This document shows positions 9,317 through 17,593 of a stretch of 64,000 nucleotides of DNA, piece after piece. The stretch is from an uncultured Verrucomicrobiota bacterium (GTDB lineage Bacteria > Verrucomicrobiota > Kiritimatiellia > CAIQIC01 > Lenti-01), in NCBI GenBank assembly GCA_938003985.1, contig CALKWZ010000076.1:11045-75044 (forward strand). The letters are read 5' to 3'. Both the position numbers and the translations under genes were made by a program. The stretch's first letter is position 1. Each line of letters begins with the position of its first letter. The notes beneath the pieces were generated by a model, which did not search any database, was not told the DNA's origin, and saw nothing but the letters and a program-made list of their open reading frames with translations.

Positions 9317-10024
9317 TCATTCGCCGGCGAACCGGAGCACCTTGCCGGCGCCTTCGAGCAGTTCGCTGAAGCGGGGCTGGTCGCTGCGCCGGTCCATTTC
9401 CTTCTGGATGGCGTAGTAGACGAAGAGGGAATCGTCGGTGGCGCGATGGGCCTGGAGGCCGTCGGTGGAAATCTCGAACAGGTCGATCAGATCCGAGACG
9501 GTGTGGGACTTGAGTTCGGGATACCAGGTGCGGAAGAGGACAAGGCTGTCGAGGACGGCGTTCTTGGGCGGGGGCATGTCGTTGCGCTTGGCTTCGGCGG
9601 AAATGAAGCGGACGTCGAAGGGGGCGTTGTGGGCGATGAGGACGGCGCCGTCGATGAATTCGAGGAATTCGGGATAGATGTCGGCGAAGGTCGGACAGTC
9701 CTTGAGCATCTCGGGCGAGATGTTGTGGACCTTCTGGACGTACCAGGGGATGTAGCGCTGGGGATTGATCAGCCAGGTTTTTTCGCCCAGCTTGCGGCCG
9801 TCGCGGACCTTGACGGCGCCGACTTCGACGATGCGGTCGTTGGCAGGGCTGAATCCGGTGGTTTCCGTGTCGAAAATGACGAACGTGACGTTCTTGAACT
9901 GGGTGTTCGCGGTGGGCATGCGGAAGGGGTGCGGCACGACCGGGGTCGAGTCCGCGGCGCCGGCCGAGAACATGACGAGGAACGAGCATATCCAAACGAT
10001 ATGCCGCGGCAAATTGCGATTCAT
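9317..10024 (-). CDS. DEDDh (DnaQ/epsilon-like) 3'-5' exonuclease with N-terminal signal peptide/TM
   Basis: Exo I FVIFDTETTG, Exo II LIAHNAPFDVRF and Exo III HRATDDS. The ATG at 10024 lies 6 nt after AAGGAGG. The N-terminus MNRNLPRHIVWICSFLVMFSAGAADS looks like a secretion signal. Confidence 0.75.
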   Translation of the reverse strand: MNRNLPRHIVWICSFLVMFSAGAADSTPVVPHPFRMPTANTQFKNVTFVIFDTETTGFSPANDRIVEVGAVKVRDGRKLGEKTWLINPQRYIPWYVQKVHNISPEMLKDCPTFADIYPEFLEFIDGAVLIAHNAPFDVRFISAEAKRNDMPPPKNAVLDSLVLFRTWYPELKSHTVSDLIDLFEISTDGLQAHRATDDSLFVYYAIQKEMDRRSDQPRFSELLEGAGKVLRFAGE

Positions 10025-10192
10025 CAACGGCCTCCTTGCGGTTCCGTCTATGTGGGTCGTTGCCAAATTCCGCCGTTCCTCGGAGCAACTGGCGAAGGCC
10101 GGAGAGGCCCTTCACTTCCTCGAAAACTTAACCTGATCCGGTGAAACGGTCAACGGGAAAACGACGAAAACGTCGGCGCCGATTCGCGGCCA

Positions 10193-11068
10193 TCACTTCG
10201 GGTCGGCGCTGGAGCCGCGCCAGTGGAGCTTCTGGGAGAGGAGCTGGAACCAGGAGTAGCCGGGCAGATGGGCGAAGCAGGCGCTTTCGGGCGCCTGGCG
10301 GATTTCCAGGCAGTCGCCGCATTGCAGCCACCCATGCGACTGGCCGTCGACGGACAGCAGGAGTTTCTTGCGGCGGTCGGCGATGCGCAGCGCGACGAGG
10401 CGGTCGCTGGGCAGCACGACGGGCCGGTTGCTCAGCGTGTGGGGGCAGATGGGCTCGATCACCAGCGCCGGGGTTTCGCGGTGCAGGATGGGGCCGCCGG
10501 CGGAAAGCGCATGGCCGGTGCTGCCGACGGGCGTGGCGACGATCAGGCCGTCGCAGACGAACGAGGCGACCGGCTGGCGATCGACTTCGACCTCGATCAT
10601 GGTGGCGCGGGGGGAGGTGCCCCAGCCCAGGACGACGTCGTTGAGGGCGCGGGCGATCCGGCGGCGCTTGGCGCCGCGCACGAGGCGGGCTTCGAGCAGG
10701 GGGTAGCGGACGACTTCGAATCCGCCGGCGACGAGCGCGCGCAGGGCGTCGACGGCATGGACGTCGGGCACGCAGGTGAGGAAGCCGAGGTTGCCGAGAT
10801 TGATGCCGAGGATGGGCGCTTCGGCGCCGCCGAGGGCGCGGACGGCCTGCAGGACGGTGCCGTCGCCGCCGAGGGACAGCATCCGGTCCACGGCTTTGCC
10901 GAAGCGGGCGGGGGCGACGAGTTTGGCGCCGGGCAGGAGGCGGGCGGTTTCGCGGTCGCAGACGACGAGCTGGACCTGAAGGTCGCGCGCGGCGGCGGCG
11001 AGGTCCGCGAGGGTGGCTTCGGCGGCCGGTTTGGCTAGGTTGGCGAAAATTCCGACGTTCATGGGCAT
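10193..11068 (-). CDS. nadK: NAD+ kinase
   Basis: 291 aa with LSLGGDGTVL and NLGNLGFLT motifs typical of PpnK/NadK. Confidence 0.85.
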   Translation of the reverse strand: MPMNVGIFANLAKPAAEATLADLAAAARDLQVQLVVCDRETARLLPGAKLVAPARFGKAVDRMLSLGGDGTVLQAVRALGGAEAPILGINLGNLGFLTCVPDVHAVDALRALVAGGFEVVRYPLLEARLVRGAKRRRIARALNDVVLGWGTSPRATMIEVEVDRQPVASFVCDGLIVATPVGSTGHALSAGGPILHRETPALVIEPICPHTLSNRPVVLPSDRLVALRIADRRKKLLLSVDGQSHGWLQCGDCLEIRQAPESACFAHLPGYSWFQLLSQKLHWRGSSADPK

Positions 11069-11141
11069 ATCCGGATCATCCGGGAGGGAACTATCCCCGC
11101 AATTGGCCTTGCGCGCAACCCCCGATTTCGTAGCGGCAATC

Positions 11142-11311
11142 GTCAGGGTCAGACCTAGACAATAGACATTATAATCGTAACGACAATCGGGTTAATGAGA
11201 TAAAGGAATGCAAACTTAATTTGAAAGATTATTTATTGGACTGGAAATATTAACATGATTATTCAGAACGAGATACATCCGCAATGTCTATTGTCTAGGT
11301 CTGACCCTGAC
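11142..11311. mobile_element. MITE-like 170-bp element with perfect 29-bp terminal inverted repeats
   Basis: Left arm gtcagggtcagacctagacaatagacatt (11142..11170) is the exact reverse complement of 11283..11311. The interior is strongly AT-rich against a GC-rich background and contains no ORF. The right arm encodes the last 5 codons and the stop of tlyA. Confidence 0.55.
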
Positions 11312-12050
11312 CTGGCGGTTTGCGCCAGTAGCTCAGGAATTCGACGTTGCCGGCGGGGCCTTGGATGGGCGAGGGGCAATAATCGAGCCAGTGCCAGCCG
11401 AGGGTCTGGACGCCGAAATCGCGGATCTGCTCGACGATCCGCAGGCGCAACGCGGGATCGCGGACGACGCCGCCGTGGCCGACCTCTTCCCGCCCGGCCT
11501 CGAACTGGGGCTTGATCAAGGCGACGGTTTCGCCCCCCGGCCGCAACAGGCGGTCGATGGCCGGCAGGATCAGGCGCAGGGAGATGAAGGAAACGTCGGT
11601 GACCGCCAGCTCGGGGATTTCGGGCAGGTCGCCGGGCTGGAGATGGCGGGCGTTGCAGCCGTCGAGGACGACGACGCGCGGATCGGCGACCAGCCGCGAA
11701 TGGAGCTGGGATTTGCCGACGTCGACGGCGTAGACCTTGGCGGCGCCGTGCTGCAGCAGGCAGTCGGTGAACCCGCCGGTGGAAGCGCCCACGTCCACGC
11801 AGATCTTGTTTTCGGCGGTGAGCACCGGAAACCGCGCGAAGGCTTCTTCGAGCTTGAGGCCGCCGCGGCCGACGAACCGCTCGGGGCGGCGAATGCGGAT
11901 TTCGCAGTCGGCGGGATACTCGTGGCCGGGCTTGGCGGCGGGGGCGTCGGCGACGAGGACTTCGCCGGCCAAGATCAGGCGCTGGGCCTTTTCGCGGCTT
12001 TCGGCGAGGCCGCGCGCGACCAGCAGGACGTCGAGACGGGTGCGCTTCAC
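11295..12050 (-). CDS. tlyA: TlyA-family rRNA 2'-O-methyltransferase (hemolysin A-like)
   Basis: GTG start at 12050 (VKRTRLDVLLVARGLAESREKAQRLILAGEV, an S4 domain). SAM motif VDVGASTGGFTD. The start overlaps the upstream stop as GTGA. Tracked ORF 11295..12746 is over-extended. Confidence 0.85.
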   Translation of the reverse strand: MKRTRLDVLLVARGLAESREKAQRLILAGEVLVADAPAAKPGHEYPADCEIRIRRPERFVGRGGLKLEEAFARFPVLTAENKICVDVGASTGGFTDCLLQHGAAKVYAVDVGKSQLHSRLVADPRVVVLDGCNARHLQPGDLPEIPELAVTDVSFISLRLILPAIDRLLRPGGETVALIKPQFEAGREEVGHGGVVRDPALRLRIVEQIRDFGVQTLGWHWLDYCPSPIQGPAGNVEFLSYWRKPPGQGQT

Positions 12051-13093
12051 GGTCCCTTGGCTTTGCGTTCCTGGATGCCGCGCCAGAGCGAAGAAGCGAC
12101 GACGACGAGGGCGATGCCGCCCATGACGGACCAGAGGATGGTGTCGTAGCGCTGGTTCTGGCGGGTGCGGACGGCGCCGACGGGACCGCCTTCGCTGGCC
12201 GGGTCGATGCCGACGCCGGAGTGGACGGAGTAGGTCGGCAGTTCGTCGAGCGGGGCGGGGATGGCGGGTTTGCCGGCGTTCACCCACGCGGTGTACCACA
12301 GGGAGGACAGATGCGTGGCCGCGTCGGAAATCTGCGCGACGACGTGGTCGCCCGTCAGTTCCCACAGCCGCAGGTAATAGGTCTCGGAGTCGATGCGGCC
12401 GTTGGCGGCCCGCTTGGCGATGAGATCGGCCCGCAACAAAACCGGCGCGAGGGCGGCGGATCGCTCGACCCAGCCCATGATTTCGCGGAAGGGATTTTCC
12501 AGATAGGCGGCGGGCGCGGGCTGGATGGAATCGGGGCGGAAGAACGCCTTGGTCATGTCGCTTTCGATGCGGGCATGGGCGCCGACCTGCCAGGTTTCCT
12601 GGCCGTTGAAGTTGCGGGTGCAGTGCAGCGGCATGTGGAGGTCGGCCGCGTAGTGGCTGAGGGCGGCGCCGCATTGGGCGGCCCACGTCCAGTTGTTCGT
12701 GCGCATGGCGTCGGTCATCTGGCCGAGGAGCTCGACGATGGTCCACGGCGCGATGCCGATTTCGGCGGGGATGGCGTCCATCTGCAGGAACGCCTCGATC
12801 TGCACGGGCGGGAGCGCGCGGATGTCGGTGCCCGGCGGCAGGCGGTCGGGTTCGAAGTAGTGGCGCGGGCCTTCGTCGGGATCGCTTTCCTTCCAGAGGT
12901 CGGGATAGATGCCCGGCAGCGCCATGGGGCGCGCGAAATCGCGGAAGGCCGCCATTTCCTCCGGCGCGTTGCGGCCGGCGGCCTTGTTGATTTGGATATG
13001 CTGCTGGCCGGACCAGGCCCCGGCCGCGAGCGGCAAGGCGAGGAGCAGCGGCAGCGCAACCGGCGCGAGGCGGCGGAGCGGCGCGGCCGTCAC
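12047..13093 (-). CDS. S1/P1-type zinc nuclease (zinc phospholipase C superfamily) with signal peptide and C-terminal TM anchor
   Basis: GTG start at 13093. Signal peptide ..ALPLAAGA, then a mature N-terminus WSGQQH (the Trp1/His6 metal ligands of P1 nuclease). HYAADLHMPLH matches the H-x3-D-x-H-x-P-L-H zinc motif. C-terminal TM segment ILWSVMGGIALVVVASSLW. Confidence 0.75.
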   Translation of the reverse strand: MTAAPLRRLAPVALPLLLALPLAAGAWSGQQHIQINKAAGRNAPEEMAAFRDFARPMALPGIYPDLWKESDPDEGPRHYFEPDRLPPGTDIRALPPVQIEAFLQMDAIPAEIGIAPWTIVELLGQMTDAMRTNNWTWAAQCGAALSHYAADLHMPLHCTRNFNGQETWQVGAHARIESDMTKAFFRPDSIQPAPAAYLENPFREIMGWVERSAALAPVLLRADLIAKRAANGRIDSETYYLRLWELTGDHVVAQISDAATHLSSLWYTAWVNAGKPAIPAPLDELPTYSVHSGVGIDPASEGGPVGAVRTRQNQRYDTILWSVMGGIALVVVASSLWRGIQERKAKGP

Positions 13094-13599
13094 GGATTCT
13101 TTCCCGGCGGGAGCTGGCGCGGATCGAAGGCCATGGCGACTTCGGGGCAGGTGAGGGGGTTGTCGTACTTCGCGCAGTTCATGCAGCCCTTGTAGAGCTT
13201 GTAGAGCAGCTTTTCCTTGGAGACGGGCACGAAGCCCAGACTGGCGAAAAACGGCGGGGTGAAGGTCAGCACGATGATCTGGTCGGGCTGGAATTCGGCC
13301 ACGCGGGCCATGGCGGCTTCGACGAGTTGCCGGCCGAGGCCTTGCTTCTGGAAGTCCTCGCGCACGGAAACGGATTGGATCTCGATGGACGGGGCCCGGC
13401 CCGGTTCCAGTTCGGGCAACACGGCCCACGACGCGGTGCCGACGATCTCGCCGTCCAGATCGGCCACGAGGAAGCGGTCGATGTGCAGCAGGATGTCGCT
13501 GAGCGGCCGCGGCACGAGCTCGTTGGGATGGGACTTGATGCGCTGGAAGATGGCGGGGCCGTCGCGGAACGAGGCTTTGCGGATGACGGGGGCATTCAT
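13090..13599 (-). CDS. GNAT-family N-acetyltransferase
   Basis: MNAPVIRKASFRDG.. with the acetyl-CoA motif FQKQGLGRQLVEAA. The stop overlaps the GTG of the downstream nuclease gene (GTGA). Confidence 0.75.
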   Translation of the reverse strand: MNAPVIRKASFRDGPAIFQRIKSHPNELVPRPLSDILLHIDRFLVADLDGEIVGTASWAVLPELEPGRAPSIEIQSVSVREDFQKQGLGRQLVEAAMARVAEFQPDQIIVLTFTPPFFASLGFVPVSKEKLLYKLYKGCMNCAKYDNPLTCPEVAMAFDPRQLPPGKNP

Positions 13600-13671
13600 G
13601 GGGATTCGGTTTTCCTGTGGCGGTCGAGGGGAGAACATACCACGGCCGGGCCGCGGCGGCAACGGACGGCT

Positions 13672-14238
13672 TCAGCCGAGGCGGGCGCCGAGGGCGTCGG
13701 CCCGGGCCAGCGCGCGGCCGGCGCGGGAGACGTCGTCGGGAGTGTCGAGGCCGCCGACGAGCACTTCGCCGAGGCGTTTCCAGCCCAGGTAGTCCGCCAC
13801 GAGGCGGTAGGTGGCCTTCAGGCCGGCGAACGCGGCGGGCCGGTCGTCGGCCGCGGCGGCCAGCAGGACGGAGCGCTTGCCCTTGAGATTGCGCTGGAAC
13901 TGCGGGCTCAGGCAATAGAGGCGGTCGGTCAGCTTCTTGAGCGGCGTGGACCAGGCGTAGAAATGCAGCGGCGTGGCGAAGACGAGGACGTCGGCCTTGC
14001 GCAGGAGGGGATAGACGGAGTCCAGGTCGTCCCGCAGGACGCACGGACGGGAAGCGGTGGGCCAGCAGTCGCCGCAGCCGTCGCAGGGCGCGAACTCGAG
14101 CGCGGAGAGGCGGACGGACTGCACGGCATGCCCGTTGCGGCTGGCGGCGTCGGCGAAGGCGAAGGCCAGCCGGGTGGAATTGCCGTCCTCGCGGGGACTG
14201 CCGAGCAGGATCAAGACGTTCAAGGGGCGTTTGCGCAT
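13672..14238 (-). CDS. Flavodoxin-fold NAD(P)H-dependent FMN reductase / iron-sulfur flavoprotein-like
   Basis: LNVLILLGSPREDGNSTRLA.. followed by the Cys cluster APCDGCGDCW, typical of Isf/NADPH-FMN reductase family proteins. Confidence 0.75.
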   Translation of the reverse strand: MRKRPLNVLILLGSPREDGNSTRLAFAFADAASRNGHAVQSVRLSALEFAPCDGCGDCWPTASRPCVLRDDLDSVYPLLRKADVLVFATPLHFYAWSTPLKKLTDRLYCLSPQFQRNLKGKRSVLLAAAADDRPAAFAGLKATYRLVADYLGWKRLGEVLVGGLDTPDDVSRAGRALARADALGARLG

Positions 14239-14361
14239 GGGCGGAGTACCTTTCGATCCTCAGCCTAGCGCAGCCGGCGGCCGGTTTGAAGCCCAAAGAA
14301 CGGGGCCGCCCGCGGCGCCTTTTGCTTGAACCGCGCGCCGGGACGTGGACAATGTCCGCCC

Positions 14362-14757
14362 ATGAACAAGGAAACGCAACGCAAGGGCGCGCCGGCGGAA
14401 ATTTCCGGCGCCGAGGAATTCCGGAAATGGCTGGCGGCGCCGGCGACGGGCCAGACGCTGGCCGTGCTGTTCGGGTTGCTGTTCCTGTTCCAATGCATGA
14501 TATTGCCGCTGGTGGGCAAGGCGGCGATCGGCGGGTCGGGTTCGCCCGGCGCGGGGCCCGCGGCCACGCTGTGGAAGAACCAGCTGTTTTTCGGCGCGAT
14601 GCTGCTGCTGACGATCGCGGCCGGCGCGACGGCGTTTTATTCCAAGCAGCTGCGGCGCCGGGCCGACGGCAGCGCCTTCCCGAAATTCACCGCGGGCCTG
14701 TTGGCCTGCGCGCTGGCCATGCTGCTGGCGTTCGCGACGGGCCTGCTGGGGATCTAG
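14362..14757 (+). CDS. Hypothetical small integral membrane protein (3-4 TM)
   Basis: ATG at 14362 (MNKETQRKG..). Hydrophobic helices LAVLFGLLFLFQCMILPLVG, LFFGAMLLLTIAAGATAFY and LLACALAMLLAFATGLLGI. No recognisable family. Confidence 0.45.
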   Translation: MNKETQRKGAPAEISGAEEFRKWLAAPATGQTLAVLFGLLFLFQCMILPLVGKAAIGGSGSPGAGPAATLWKNQLFFGAMLLLTIAAGATAFYSKQLRRRADGSAFPKFTAGLLACALAMLLAFATGLLGI

Positions 14758-14776
14758 CCGCAGCGGAAAGCGCGCC

Positions 14777-15505
14777 ATGCCGTTCCGGTTCTTCAATCTC
14801 GCCGAAGCCGCGGAATTCCTGCATCTGCCGGAAGACCGCGTGGCGGAACTGGCGCGGCGCGGGGAAATCCCCTGCGAGCGCCAGGGCGCGCGGTTGACGT
14901 TCCGGCACCACGCGCTCGACGAATGGGCCTCGCGCAACTTGCTGGAATCCAGCGCCGAGAAGCTGGCGGATTTCCACCGGCGCAGCACGGCGAAATACCA
15001 CGATCTGTCGGAAGACGCGGCCATCGTGCCCGCCCTGCTGAAACCGGAATGGATCCGCGCGGGCCTGACCTGCCGCTCCAAATCGTCGGTCCTGCGCGAA
15101 ATGGTCGATCTGGCCGACGCCACGGGCCTGCTGTGCTACCGCGACGAACTGCTGGAAAGCCTCGTCGAGCGCGAGAAGCTCTGTTCCACGGCGCTCTCCG
15201 GCGGCCTGGCCCTGCTGCATCCGCGCAACCACGAGCCCTACATGTTCGAGGATTCCTTCGTGGTCGTCGGCAAGACCGTCGCGCAGGTGCCGTTCGGTTC
15301 GCCCGACGGCTCGACCACGGACGTGTTTTTCCTGATCTGCAGCCAGGACGACCGCATCCACCTGCACGTGCTCGCGCGCCTGTGCATGATGTGCCACCAA
15401 ACGAGCCTGCTGCTGGAAATGCGCGGCACGGACGATCCGCAGGAGCTGCACCGCCTGCTGGCGGCCAGCGAACAGCAGGTCGTCCGCCAAACGCCGAAGG
15501 CCTGA
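14777..15505 (+). CDS. Excisionase/MerR-type HTH fused to PTS EIIA(Ntr/Fru type 2) domain
   Basis: N-terminus FNLAEAAEFLHLPEDRVAELARRGEIP (HTH). The C-terminus carries the EIIA-2 signature with a phosphorylatable His in GGLALLHPR and ..VFFLICSQDDRIHLHVLARL. Confidence 0.8.
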   Translation: MPFRFFNLAEAAEFLHLPEDRVAELARRGEIPCERQGARLTFRHHALDEWASRNLLESSAEKLADFHRRSTAKYHDLSEDAAIVPALLKPEWIRAGLTCRSKSSVLREMVDLADATGLLCYRDELLESLVEREKLCSTALSGGLALLHPRNHEPYMFEDSFVVVGKTVAQVPFGSPDGSTTDVFFLICSQDDRIHLHVLARLCMMCHQTSLLLEMRGTDDPQELHRLLAASEQQVVRQTPKA

Positions 15506-15530
15506 CGGCGGCACCCCGGCGTCCGGGCGG

Positions 15531-17465
15531 ATGATCGAATTCCGGCAAGTCAGCAAGCGCTACGGCGGGCAAATCGTGCTCGACCGCGTGGATTTCCGTT
15601 TGTTGGCCGGCGAACGCATCGGCATCGTCGGCCCCAACGGCGCGGGCAAGTCCACGATCTTCGAGTTGATCGTCGGGGAATGCGACGCGGATGCCGGCAC
15701 GGTCGCGCGCGCCAAGGACGTCCGCATCGGGCATTTGCGCCAGCAACTGGCGCCGGGGGACGAGGCCACGCCCATCCAGGCCTACGTGGAGAAGGCCGCG
15801 CCGGATCTGGAGACGATCCGCGCCGAGATCCACCACGTCGAGGCGCGCCTGGCGGGCGACGAAGCCGAGGAATCGCGCGCGCTGCTGCGGCGCCTGGGGG
15901 ACTTGCAGACCCAGTTCGAGGCGCAAGGCGGCTACGATCTGCACGCGCGCGCGGCGGCGGCGCTGACGGGCCTGGGCTTCCGCGTGGCGGACCTGCGGCG
16001 TCCGCTGGGCGAATTTTCCGGCGGCTGGCAGATGCGCGCCGAACTGGCGCGCGCGCTCATCGCGGAGCCCGATCTGCTGCTGCTGGACGAGCCGAGCAAC
16101 TATCTCGATCTGCCGGCGGTGGAATGGCTGCGGCGGCGGCTGGAGGATTTCCGCGGCACGCTGGCGATGATTTCCCACGACCGCTATCTGCTGGAACACC
16201 TCTGCGAAACCACGCTCGAAGTGGCCGGCGGCCGCGTCACGCGCTATCCGGGGCGCTACTCGTGGTATGCGGTCGAGCGCGAGAAGCGCCGCGAGGTGTC
16301 CCTGGCGCGGCAAGCGAACGAAGACCGCCGCCGCGAGCAGATCGAGCGCTTCGTGGAACGGTTCCGGGCCAAGAACACGATGGCCACGCGCGTGCAGAGC
16401 CGGATCAAGATGCTCGAGAAAATGGAGCGCACCGAAACGGTCGAGGTGGCGCGCGGCCGCGCGCGGTTCCGGCTGGCCCCGCCGCCGCATTGCGGGCAGG
16501 AAGTCCTGCGCTGCGCAGGCGCGGGCTTCGCCTACGAGCCCGGCAACTGGATTTTCCGCGGCGTGGACCTGGCCGTGCAGAAGGGCGAAAAGCTGGCGGT
16601 GGTGGGGCCCAACGGCGCGGGCAAGACGACGCTGCTGCGCCTGCTGGCCGGGCAACTGGCGCCGGGCGAGGGCCGGCGCACGGCCGGCCATCTGGTCGTG
16701 CCGGGCTACCAGAGCCAGGAATCGGCCGACACGATGGATCGCACGCGCAACTGCCTGGAGATTCTCAAGGCCGTCGCGCCCGACGCGTCCGAAACGGAAA
16801 TCCGGACCTTGCTGGGCGGGTTCGGTTTTTCGGGCGAAGCGGCCGAAAAACGCGTGGAGGTGCTCTCGGGCGGCGAACGCATCCGGCTGGCCTTCGCGCG
16901 GATCCTGATCCGGCCGCCGAACCTGCTGCTGCTGGACGAACCGACCACGCATCTGGACGTGGAAAGCCGCGAAGCCTTGCAGGACGCCATCGCCGCCTAC
17001 GAGGGCACGGTCGTGCTCGTGTCGCACGACGTGGAGTTCGTGCGCGCCGTCGCGCTGGGCATCGTGGCCGTGGCGCCCGACGGGGGCGGGGTGCGGCGGT
17101 TCGCCGGCGGCTACGACTACTACCGCGAAAAGATTGCCCAGGAAGCCGGGGCGGCCCCGACCGCGGCCGATAAGCCGCTGGACGAAGCCAAGGCCGCCCG
17201 GATCGAAGCCATGCGCGACCGCAAGGCGCTCAAGGCCGATCTGCGCCGCGCCGAAAAAGAAGTGGCGGCGCTGGAGCGGGACGTCGCGGCGCTCGAAAGC
17301 GAACAGTCCATTCTGCACGAGAGGCTTGCAGCTTCAGAAACCGCTCTTGAAGACCGGGCATCGGCGGGCCGGCGGCTCAAGGAAATCGAAGACGCCTTGT
17401 CGGCCAAGTTGGCAGCCTGGGAAGCGGCCGGCAGTCGCCGGGATGAGTTGGCCGCGCAAGCCTAG
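15531..17465 (+). CDS. ABC-F family ATPase (translation factor/Uup-YheS-like, no TM domain)
   Basis: Two cassettes: GPNGAGKST..LSGGWQMR..LLLLDEPSNYLD and GPNGAGKTT..LSGGERIR..LLLLDEPTTHLD. C-terminal coiled coil. Confidence 0.9.
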   Translation: MIEFRQVSKRYGGQIVLDRVDFRLLAGERIGIVGPNGAGKSTIFELIVGECDADAGTVARAKDVRIGHLRQQLAPGDEATPIQAYVEKAAPDLETIRAEIHHVEARLAGDEAEESRALLRRLGDLQTQFEAQGGYDLHARAAAALTGLGFRVADLRRPLGEFSGGWQMRAELARALIAEPDLLLLDEPSNYLDLPAVEWLRRRLEDFRGTLAMISHDRYLLEHLCETTLEVAGGRVTRYPGRYSWYAVEREKRREVSLARQANEDRRREQIERFVERFRAKNTMATRVQSRIKMLEKMERTETVEVARGRARFRLAPPPHCGQEVLRCAGAGFAYEPGNWIFRGVDLAVQKGEKLAVVGPNGAGKTTLLRLLAGQLAPGEGRRTAGHLVVPGYQSQESADTMDRTRNCLEILKAVAPDASETEIRTLLGGFGFSGEAAEKRVEVLSGGERIRLAFARILIRPPNLLLLDEPTTHLDVESREALQDAIAAYEGTVVLVSHDVEFVRAVALGIVAVAPDGGGVRRFAGGYDYYREKIAQEAGAAPTAADKPLDEAKAARIEAMRDRKALKADLRRAEKEVAALERDVAALESEQSILHERLAASETALEDRASAGRRLKEIEDALSAKLAAWEAAGSRRDELAAQA

Positions 17466-17593
17466 ACGCAATCTCGCATTCATAAATTGTTAAGATTGTA
17501 TTTGATTCTCCTCCCCGGGAGGCGTACTTTTTATCCGCTAATCCCTCACAAGAAGGGGTCGGTTGAATTGTGTCCTGAGGAGACAAAGCGGCG

